Source of the DNA: a virus
Length of the DNA stretch: 64,000 nt
IMG/VR virus record: IMGVR_UViG_3300025592_000986
Direction: 5' to 3' (one strand)
A program made the translations under genes and the position numbers. Below, piece by piece: positions 53,592-62,254 of this stretch (positions within the stretch are counted from its first letter, which is position 1; each line of letters opens with the position of its first letter). Below the pieces are notes generated by a model, which did no database searches, was not told the DNA's origin, and was given only the letters and a program-made list of their open reading frames with translations.

Positions 53592-56500
53592 TCAAGCATC
53601 AAAGTCGAAACCGCTGTTCGTGTTAACTCCGCGTGTCGAAGCCGCCGCTCCATTGGCAAAATCATCGTAATCTATCTTGCCGTCAGCGTCAACAATACCA
53701 TCTTTTCTCGTAAATTTTAGTTTTAATTCAACCATCTTACCAGTTGTTTTAGATTTTACCTTTATTACAAATTTCTTTCCCCAAAGCGGGTTTGTTGAAA
53801 CACCTAATCGACGACCGGCCGTTCGCCACCTAGAGTATGACAGATCTCCCGCATTAGAGAAATCTAACTCTGTCTGCAACAAAGCAGGTCTAAGGTGTAA
53901 GTATCTCTGAAAAGATTTAATAAATATCTTTTCTTCCTTTTCTTTAATCTTGTGTACATCAGATAACAAGTACATAACCTCACCATCCGAAACAAGTTCG
54001 ACTTGATACACGTTGCTAGGCATAGATACGTGTCCGTGAATGTCTTTGGATCTAAACGTGTACCAATACTTCTTGTTTGGAGAAATCGTGTCTATAAACG
54101 CCCCGGATGGGGCACCGTTATCTATGGTTTGGATTTCCTTGTCTTTGAAATCGCTCAAGCTTGTTGGCTCAGTATCTAGCCTATACACTTCGAATTCCAA
54201 AGTTAAGTCATCATTCTTAAAATGTATCAAAGAGGCTTCCATCGGAGAATCATCATCAGACGGGCCGAGCACTATAGCCGGCTGTAGGCCTTGATTTGCC
54301 GCGAGGAGTGCATAATCGAGGGCGTCCGAATCTTTTAGGATGACTGGTTTGGCAAACATTTCGCCAGTCATACTGTTGACGTTAAGCAGAACCTTGTTTT
54401 TGACCCCCTTGTACGGAATCACATCTACGTCTGGTGGTATCGGTGGCTTGTCAAGGATAGCGACTGTTAGGGTCTTGTCGAAAATTTCACTTATAGTGAC
54501 TTCAGGTTTATTGACTACGCCGAAATACAATTTTGGGCTAAGATGAATCGGACCCTCTGGGCCACCCATACCTTCGCTGTGCCAGTTGTCCCACCTTCTA
54601 ATAATGTCCAACAGGGCAAATTCCTCAGTGGGGGGGTTCGCGACTGAAACTTTAACCCTCCCATCACGATTAAACGACCTGACTGCTCTACGAGTCATTC
54701 CATCGATATAAGCGTACTTGTTGCCTACAGTCATAAGAACAGTGCTTATATCTAGTTGATAAATTTTTCCATATTCTACTTGACTGTCAAAGTACTTTAT
54801 CAGATCATCTTCATTCGTTGAAGAGAAGTATTCTGTTTGCACTAACTCTCGATTGCCTTCTGCGGCAGATGCACCAGCGATGATTCTATATTTGTCAACC
54901 TTGTACCCTAAGACCTCAGAATGTGCCAGTTTGCCTCTCATTATGTCAGCATAACTTCTAGAGTGCTTTTCGATAAAATCTTCCAGCTTTGCCTTGGTTA
55001 AAAGAAAGCCAAAAGATGAGTTTATCCTTTCCAGATAGCTTGAAAAGTTGTTTGGATTTTGAAGCGAATCTTTGACATCTTTCAGCCAAGTGTCCAGTTT
55101 TACCGTCTTGACCTGTTTCGGCGTCACCGGACTCTGGTCTTGAACTTCCGTAGATCTGATAAGCTCCTCTTCGGAAGTTATGTTCCCCTCTTCATCTCTC
55201 TGCTCTGACCTTAATGTGAACTGATCTCTTGTATTTAAAATAATAGCAGACTTGTTTCTAACCGGATTTGATTCTTGTCCAAATTCTCCCAAGGTCTTTA
55301 ACAGTGGGGTAGAAAAATCTATCTTGCCATACGCATTAAAAAGGTCAACCAACAAACTCTTACTCTTCTGTTTGAGTTCAAAATCAATCACCATCGGTGA
55401 TGTGTTCTTTAACAGGTACCTTTGCTTAAAGTCTTGAGATGTTAGCCTCGAAGAACCAAAGACTTGAACTGGTGGAAGTGGTTCTGGGGGGATGTTGTAA
55501 TCTTTAATTGATCTGTCAGATAAATTTGCATAATTTGCATACCTAGACCATATAATTGAGCTTGGCCCAATGCCATTTTCTACTGTCCTTCTGAATGAAA
55601 GTTGCCCACCATTAGCTTCATAGTCTTCAAAATTAAAAGAGTATGGATCTGGTAAGGATCTAATATCTTCTACTGTTTCTATGTTTGCCAATATGTTGTT
55701 TTCATAAAATTCATCGTAATAGTTGTAGTGGCCTTTAGCATCACAATAAGCAGAAATAGCTTGGTCGTTTGTTTCAAGCTCAACTCTCGATGCAAAAGTT
55801 TGCATCTTTGTCGCAAGGTCTACAAAAATAGCGTCCTTGCCAACCCTAGGAGGCCTGGTATAATACGAGGTATGCGGACTAAATTGCAGTTGGCCCGGTG
55901 ACATCTGAGGTGATGCGGTCCAGGCGTTGACGCCCTGCTTCGTAATTTCCTCTGTGTAGCCTTGTGCAAGAAATTGCGCTGCTGGTGGTGGCAATTCTAA
56001 ATCAGGAATATGCAAATGCGTTGCGGCGCTTTCCACTTCAACTTCATCTGGAAGATACCTGTTGCCCCAAAACGGGATTACAGGGAATAGGTTTTCAGAA
56101 TAGCTTTCATTAAAATCGACCATGGACTCTCCGGCCCTTTTGCGTGACATAAGATCTGCGGCCATAGACGATTTATCGTTTATGGCTCCGAAACCAGCAC
56201 CTGACTGTCGGTACAAGTCTCTCTGTCCCGTTATAGATACCATAGACTCATTCATTCGTAACAGCTTGTCATTCGGATGATAAAGAGAATTGTCTACTAA
56301 CGGCTCTGTCAAAAAATTTCTAAAGTGCTTCATATCACTATATCTTTGACTGACAAGTGGGTAGAAGCCATAAAAATAGTTTCTCCAACTCCAACCTGAC
56401 TTCATGTAGGTTTGATATTCCGGGTGCGAGATAGAATATAAATTTCCAGCGGCGTCGAGTGATGCAGGTAATAACTCGACTGATGCAGGTCTCTCTACGT

Positions 56501-57341
56501 TTTCGCACTCAATAGCATACTTTTCAAACTTGGGTTCAAATTTTATTATACTGTCCTCTGCATCTTTAAAGTCTTCATTGTCCAGAAGCTCAGTCAATTC
56601 CTCAATGTCGCTCAAGCTTTTAAATTTGTTTTCACTTTCTTGTGGGGTTGCTGGTCTTATTTCTGCTGATCCTAACGATTGGTTCGGTAAAATGCTAGTA
56701 CCCCTATTAAGGAAAGTTACACCATTCCTTGATGGGATCGAAGTCAACACAGCAGATAATCCGTTTTCTGTCTCATCCAGATATGAAAAATGCTTACCAG
56801 TAACATATCTAAAAGAATCGAATTTGTGTAGATCAAAACCCGGTGAGTACAAGGGTAGCTTGGTGGACGGGTTAAGCCACGACTTTTGATAGGTATATGG
56901 CCTTGGACCTAAAGTTTGACTGCCGGGTCGTACGAGCCCGAAAGCCAAAGCCTGTCTTGCCAGAAGGCTTTGACTTTGTTTTAAAAAATACTCTCCCATA
57001 ATTGGAGCGTTGTATGCGTATGGCGCAAACTCTTGCGCCAGAAACCGAACTCTTGTGTTGAGATGTGAACCACCATTGGGAAATATGAATCTACTTTTTG
57101 TAAAGTTCTCTTCGCTTTCAACTCTTGGTCGAGGGGGACCTGGTTCAAATTCTGGCGGCGTTAGATCTATGGGATTTGGTGTCAGACCTAAGCCTGGCGG
57201 CTCAACAGTGATGATCGCTTCAGGGTTTTCTGCTGCAGTTTCTCTAACACCTTCAATAAATCCTTGGCGTGGATTGTTTGAGCTTGGTGTTGTCCCCCCT
57301 CCGGGGGTTTGGACTTCGCAAGGATCTTGAATATCTGACAT
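53592..57341 (-). CDS. large hypothetical virion protein
   Basis: 1249 aa; FN3-like segments (FEVYR...DTISPNKKYWYTFRS.D.HG..S.PS). Confidence 0.6.
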   Translation of the reverse strand: MSDIQDPCEVQTPGGGTTPSSNNPRQGFIEGVRETAAENPEAIITVEPPGLGLTPNPIDLTPPEFEPGPPRPRVESEENFTKSRFIFPNGGSHLNTRVRFLAQEFAPYAYNAPIMGEYFLKQSQSLLARQALAFGLVRPGSQTLGPRPYTYQKSWLNPSTKLPLYSPGFDLHKFDSFRYVTGKHFSYLDETENGLSAVLTSIPSRNGVTFLNRGTSILPNQSLGSAEIRPATPQESENKFKSLSDIEELTELLDNEDFKDAEDSIIKFEPKFEKYAIECENVERPASVELLPASLDAAGNLYSISHPEYQTYMKSGWSWRNYFYGFYPLVSQRYSDMKHFRNFLTEPLVDNSLYHPNDKLLRMNESMVSITGQRDLYRQSGAGFGAINDKSSMAADLMSRKRAGESMVDFNESYSENLFPVIPFWGNRYLPDEVEVESAATHLHIPDLELPPPAAQFLAQGYTEEITKQGVNAWTASPQMSPGQLQFSPHTSYYTRPPRVGKDAIFVDLATKMQTFASRVELETNDQAISAYCDAKGHYNYYDEFYENNILANIETVEDIRSLPDPYSFNFEDYEANGGQLSFRRTVENGIGPSSIIWSRYANYANLSDRSIKDYNIPPEPLPPVQVFGSSRLTSQDFKQRYLLKNTSPMVIDFELKQKSKSLLVDLFNAYGKIDFSTPLLKTLGEFGQESNPVRNKSAIILNTRDQFTLRSEQRDEEGNITSEEELIRSTEVQDQSPVTPKQVKTVKLDTWLKDVKDSLQNPNNFSSYLERINSSFGFLLTKAKLEDFIEKHSRSYADIMRGKLAHSEVLGYKVDKYRIIAGASAAEGNRELVQTEYFSSTNEDDLIKYFDSQVEYGKIYQLDISTVLMTVGNKYAYIDGMTRRAVRSFNRDGRVKVSVANPPTEEFALLDIIRRWDNWHSEGMGGPEGPIHLSPKLYFGVVNKPEVTISEIFDKTLTVAILDKPPIPPDVDVIPYKGVKNKVLLNVNSMTGEMFAKPVILKDSDALDYALLAANQGLQPAIVLGPSDDDSPMEASLIHFKNDDLTLEFEVYRLDTEPTSLSDFKDKEIQTIDNGAPSGAFIDTISPNKKYWYTFRSKDIHGHVSMPSNVYQVELVSDGEVMYLLSDVHKIKEKEEKIFIKSFQRYLHLRPALLQTELDFSNAGDLSYSRWRTAGRRLGVSTNPLWGKKFVIKVKSKTTGKMVELKLKFTRKDGIVDADGKIDYDDFANGAAASTRGVNTNSGFDFDA

Positions 57342-57360
57342 AATATAAATACTCTCTTAA

Positions 57361-60300
57361 TTAATAAAATCTATTCGCGGTTACACCAGAAAAACTTCCT
57401 ACCCTGCTGGCTCTGAATCTGGTAGCTGCTGTGGTTTGTGTAGATTGAACTGTTGCACTCGTTGCAGTGGTCGAATTGGCGGTAGTGGTAGCCAGGGCCG
57501 CTGATGGTGCGGCTTCGACTGTCGCCTTTGACTTTACAACGAAGGTAGAATCAATTAAACTTACATTCTTGTCCTGTGTTATTCCCAAAGCTGGGCTTTC
57601 AAACGGCAGCGTCTTGTATGTCCCCGGTTTTAATCCGGCTCTCATTTCTCCGACCGTGACTGGTTTCAGAATAGGTTTGTCAAGTTTGGGTGTCCCAAAA
57701 GCATCTTTCTCGAAGCCAACCTGCTTCTGTACAGACATCATATTTCCATACAAACTCCTCGACAAAAGACCTTCTTTTGTGACTCCTAAAACTTGTGGCT
57801 TCTTTATCGCACCAGCTATCTGCCAAGGCAATTTTTCTACTTCCGGCAGGGGACCGTTGATGATTGATGTCTTGTCGAACATCCTTAAAATAGAACTTTC
57901 TCTGGTCAGCGCAGGGAACGTAGTGGATTCAGAAGTTTCTCTACTGACATCTCTAATCTGAGGCTGGGCTTGCCCAATCATATTCATAATAGAGTTTGTT
58001 CTATTTCGAAGTAATTCCATAGCCCGTTCGGACCTTTGTGTCGATTCCTGCATTCTTTGGGAAGATATCAGTGCGTCGATACTAGACCGTGATAAAGATT
58101 CGCACTCACTTAGTGCAGCCGGTGAAATATCACGCGGGTCATCTCCGTCCTGGGATATTATATTGAAGCTCCTTGTCACAACTCCGCTTTGGGCAGGCTG
58201 TTCTGCTTGGATCTGTTGTAGTGCGCCTTGGGTTCGCTCTCTTGTGTAGGAATGCATCTCTCCATACCCTGCTCTACTAAAAGAGTTGTTTGAAATTACC
58301 GCGTCTAAAAGAAACATCTGCTCTGTTGCCAAGCTGTTTCCACCTGTTGGGGCACTTGTCGTCGAACCAAAAGAGTACATCATAGATCCAAAAAACTCGA
58401 ATGGTGCAAAATAAGCGATAGACTCGTTTAAGGTTTCCAAGTCTTCTTCTGAAACATTTGAACTTTCAAATCTTCGAATCTCGTTTTCTTGAAGTTCCGC
58501 CAACGTTTCCGACTCGTATGATTCTAGAAAAGGGTTGACCCTACCTGGTAAAATGGCCGCTCTCGCTTTAGTTGGAACTCTGAGGTCTACAACCCCCTCT
58601 GTGTCCATTTGTGTTAAAAACTGCCCCATTCTTGGATCCGATATAAACTGTCCGCCTGTAACTTCTTTAAAGAATTTTTTAGCCTTTATAAGCGATGGGG
58701 TCCTACCAGAAACATGAGACTTGTCAAAAGTCTGTCCGGCAGCGTCGACGTTGCTTGCTAGGTCTAACATTTCAGTTAGACTCTTGATAAGTAAATCGTA
58801 GTGACTTTCGAACAAATAAAAGTTTTCCAGATTTTCTGGACTAAACGCACCGTTTTCAGAGTTAAAAATTCCCTGCACTAGTCTGTCCAACAGCAACCCT
58901 GGTAGGCTTTCTCTGTCTCCAGTGCCTACGAATTCAAACATAAATTGCAAAACGCCTCTTTCAAAAACCGAGCCAGAAAACTCATCACCAGCGTAGGCGT
59001 TAGCGTATCTCGTAATAGTTTCTTCGTCTTGACTCATCGTATATGAAGTGAACAGCATCATTGCGTCAGCATAGGCACTGATCATAAACAGCCTAGTTAC
59101 AGTATTATTTCTAAGGTACTCCAAAAATTGATCGTTAAACCTGCCAGGCCTATCGTAATTTGAAGTGTTTTTTGTTTCGGAAGAAAGTTCTTTCAAGAAC
59201 GTCTGATTCTTTTTAAGATTGTCTATCACTTCAAAAATATATTTTACTAGTCCGTCTTCGTAAGTCAACTCCACACCGTATTGATATACACCTGTGAGAT
59301 TCTTGTTTTGCTCAAACGTGTAATCTTCCATCACTAAGTTCCTAACCCAAGGGAAAAGTACCTCTGACGGGTCGTCAGGGTTCGTACCGTACGTTTGAGA
59401 AGACTGTATCGCACCTTGTAACGGCAAACCTCTCGTAATCCAGTTATGATCTCTAAGTGTTGCCTTTACAGGTTCAGATACAGGCAAAGCATCTACGGCG
59501 GACTGGGCGGAACTTAGTTCTAATTCCGCAAGAGAATTGTCCGAGGCAGCCTGCTGCGCTGCTGACTCCGCGTCCCTAAATAGGCTCTTTGCTTTTCTTA
59601 ACCCAATTGCACTTCCTACCTTTCTTACATTGTCTAGATCAACTCTTGCCCTTTTGTAGTCGGCTGTTGCTATAGTTAAATCTTTTTTGCTCTCGCCGAA
59701 AACCTTGTTGGCCACATAAAGTCTATTTTCAACTTCGCGGCGATGGCTGTCTAGCTCTGTACTTAACCTTGTTGAGTCTAAAAGCGAGCTTGGATCGTAG
59801 TAGTCGGTGGAAGATAACCTCTGTTGTCTTTCGGCGTCCAGTCTGGGAGTCGTTCTAATTTGATCTATCACGGTGGAGTTTGTCTCCCCTGCGCTGACAA
59901 TAACTTCTTCTATTTCGTTCGAATCAAAAACTTTCCTGTCAGGAAACCCGTTCTTGTCATGACCGATGTATTCGTTCGTCAACCTTCTTCTGATTATCTT
60001 AGCATCTACTAGACGAAACATGTCTCTCCACCAAAGAGAATATAGTTTCTGTCTTGGTAGCAACGCATCAAACAGAAACCCAAAAGCTGATCTCTCTCTC
60101 ATAATCTCAACCTGATCTATCTTGATTTGCCCTGAAACAACATTATCAGAGAAAAGTTGCGTTTCGATTGACGTGTTATTAAGCTCGTAACTATCACTAG
60201 TCCTGTTTCTTAGCTTTATCTTTTCTTTCATTGCTTTTACCGATTCGTTGGCAATTGCGCTGAAGTTGTTCAACAGGCTGTTGAGGTTGTTGAAGTCGTA

Positions 60301-61182
60301 TGGATTTGGCTGATTTCTAGAAAAAGTTCTAAAATCTTGCACCTTATCATTTCTTACTGCAACCTTTTTCAGGTTTCTATGCGGAGTCTGCTGGTGGAAA
60401 GATCCCTCCATATATGTTTCGGTTGGCGGGTGATAGTGGTACGGCCCAGTATATTGACCACCGTTCTCTCGAACTAAGACAAACGAAGTTGGATTTAGTC
60501 TTCCGTCCGAAATAATCAAATCCTCAATGCCAGGGCCCCTGATCGATGAAACTAAATACGCTCCCGTTTCTGTTATAGAATCGGATGCAACAGGATTTCC
60601 AATAAGACCTAGCTCTGGAAATATGTCAAACAACCTATTCTTATCGATGTAGCAAAAAGATTGTATGTGAAGATAGTTCAAGTCTTTCGGTAAGCCCTCG
60701 ATAGTAAACCTGATCGGGTATCTTGCGCCGAGGTCGTTGTCTGAATCTAACACTGCGTCGGAACTTGCTTCTGGTGTTTGTAGGATCGTTATATCATTTG
60801 ATATAAAATTTAACCTCGAAGATCTCTTAGCGGGGGCGGTAGTGAAGTATACCGAATTGGATTCTATCAAATCGCCGAATGCTGGTCCTGAAATTTGTAT
60901 TCCGCTTCTTATGATTTGATCTGCCGCTAGTTTTGCCTCCAGCGATGTTGACACTATTATCGCTACCTTGATGGTGTCCGCGATACCAAATGAATCGCCA
61001 GGCTCTACTATTTCCCCAGTTGTTGATACGACCCTACCGGTTACAGCGGGGTCGATATCGTCAAACGTCTTGTCCTCCGAGTAAAGGTTGACGCTTAAAT
61101 TTATATCTCCAGAGGGCGAGGTGGTAAGCGTGACCCTGTTCGTATTTATGGTTGGAAGTAGCGCACCTAAAATATCATACAT
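57361..61182 (-). CDS. large hypothetical virion protein
   Basis: 1273-aa uninterrupted ORF in the structural block. Confidence 0.6.
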   Translation of the reverse strand: MYDILGALLPTINTNRVTLTTSPSGDINLSVNLYSEDKTFDDIDPAVTGRVVSTTGEIVEPGDSFGIADTIKVAIIVSTSLEAKLAADQIIRSGIQISGPAFGDLIESNSVYFTTAPAKRSSRLNFISNDITILQTPEASSDAVLDSDNDLGARYPIRFTIEGLPKDLNYLHIQSFCYIDKNRLFDIFPELGLIGNPVASDSITETGAYLVSSIRGPGIEDLIISDGRLNPTSFVLVRENGGQYTGPYHYHPPTETYMEGSFHQQTPHRNLKKVAVRNDKVQDFRTFSRNQPNPYDFNNLNSLLNNFSAIANESVKAMKEKIKLRNRTSDSYELNNTSIETQLFSDNVVSGQIKIDQVEIMRERSAFGFLFDALLPRQKLYSLWWRDMFRLVDAKIIRRRLTNEYIGHDKNGFPDRKVFDSNEIEEVIVSAGETNSTVIDQIRTTPRLDAERQQRLSSTDYYDPSSLLDSTRLSTELDSHRREVENRLYVANKVFGESKKDLTIATADYKRARVDLDNVRKVGSAIGLRKAKSLFRDAESAAQQAASDNSLAELELSSAQSAVDALPVSEPVKATLRDHNWITRGLPLQGAIQSSQTYGTNPDDPSEVLFPWVRNLVMEDYTFEQNKNLTGVYQYGVELTYEDGLVKYIFEVIDNLKKNQTFLKELSSETKNTSNYDRPGRFNDQFLEYLRNNTVTRLFMISAYADAMMLFTSYTMSQDEETITRYANAYAGDEFSGSVFERGVLQFMFEFVGTGDRESLPGLLLDRLVQGIFNSENGAFSPENLENFYLFESHYDLLIKSLTEMLDLASNVDAAGQTFDKSHVSGRTPSLIKAKKFFKEVTGGQFISDPRMGQFLTQMDTEGVVDLRVPTKARAAILPGRVNPFLESYESETLAELQENEIRRFESSNVSEEDLETLNESIAYFAPFEFFGSMMYSFGSTTSAPTGGNSLATEQMFLLDAVISNNSFSRAGYGEMHSYTRERTQGALQQIQAEQPAQSGVVTRSFNIISQDGDDPRDISPAALSECESLSRSSIDALISSQRMQESTQRSERAMELLRNRTNSIMNMIGQAQPQIRDVSRETSESTTFPALTRESSILRMFDKTSIINGPLPEVEKLPWQIAGAIKKPQVLGVTKEGLLSRSLYGNMMSVQKQVGFEKDAFGTPKLDKPILKPVTVGEMRAGLKPGTYKTLPFESPALGITQDKNVSLIDSTFVVKSKATVEAAPSAALATTTANSTTATSATVQSTQTTAATRFRASRVGSFSGVTANRFY

Positions 61183-62246
61183 TAGTCACAATCCTCGTCG
61201 TCTTCTGTCGGAAGAAAGTTGTCATACAGATTACCTACAAGATTTTCATTCTCGCCTGAACCTGCAGGTCCAAAATTATCACCAGGCCTAAGAACGTCAT
61301 CAGTGCCCTTGTCGGCAAATTCTTGTTCTGATATTTCTGCATCAAATTCTATGTGGAAGTAAGTATCGATGTACTTTTGCTTGTCACTAAACTTTTCATA
61401 TGGTGGTGCAAACAGGAGCCTTCTCAACGATTCCTTTTCTTCTCTAACTACCACTCCTGATGAGTTTTCAGTTTCGACTGTTTCCTCTTCTACAATGTAA
61501 AACTCTATATCAAAGTTTTCTTTTTGAAGCTCTATGTTTTCTTCAAAAAAGTCGAGAAGCACTTTTTGATCGTCTACCAGCACTCTCTTGGCGTCTTTGA
61601 AAGTTATGTCTCTTGATGTAGCGGGTTGCGAGTCTAGCATTTCTTCGGTGTAATCTTCCGTGTCCTCGTAAGTAAAAGTACGATAGTCTATGTCTATTTC
61701 AATGAGGGGTGTCTTTAACGATGGACCAACGCCAGTGTCTCTTGAGGAACTAAGAAATATAGGAGATTTAAATTTTTGATTGTTTAGTGATTCTATCTTC
61801 CACGCTGGTACATTCTGGTTTCCGATCTGGGCTTTGCCTAGTATGTTTCTGAATAAACTTCTTTTTTCTGGCTCCATCCCAATGTCGTCGATATAGTCTT
61901 TACCATAAAGCTCATCAACAGGGATTTTGTTTATCTTACCACTCCTAGTGACCAGGCCACTGCTTTTGTTAGTTTCAAAAGAATGTCCATTTAACTTCAA
62001 CACCCTTTCTTCTGCACTGTCACTGTCATAGAGGGTCTTGGTTCTTATATTCTTTCTCACTATTCTTTCGAAAGTTTCCTGCTTTGACTCAGTAGATCCA
62101 GTAGTGTTGTAAGATGGGTCGTAGATTATCTCATCATCAGAAAATGCATAGTACGCTGGCTTCAGCTTCCCTTTAGAAAGTAGGTACCTGCCGTATTGTG
62201 TCAGCTCTATATCTATTACATCTTCTTTTTTGTTAAAAAAAGCCAT
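61182..62246 (-). CDS. virion/baseplate structural protein
   Basis: N-terminal DIELTQYGRYLLSKGKLKPAYYAFSDDEIIYD, paralogous to 52493-53515. Confidence 0.6.
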   Translation of the reverse strand: MAFFNKKEDVIDIELTQYGRYLLSKGKLKPAYYAFSDDEIIYDPSYNTTGSTESKQETFERIVRKNIRTKTLYDSDSAEERVLKLNGHSFETNKSSGLVTRSGKINKIPVDELYGKDYIDDIGMEPEKRSLFRNILGKAQIGNQNVPAWKIESLNNQKFKSPIFLSSSRDTGVGPSLKTPLIEIDIDYRTFTYEDTEDYTEEMLDSQPATSRDITFKDAKRVLVDDQKVLLDFFEENIELQKENFDIEFYIVEEETVETENSSGVVVREEKESLRRLLFAPPYEKFSDKQKYIDTYFHIEFDAEISEQEFADKGTDDVLRPGDNFGPAGSGENENLVGNLYDNFLPTEDDEDCD

Positions 62247-62254
62247 CTACTAAA

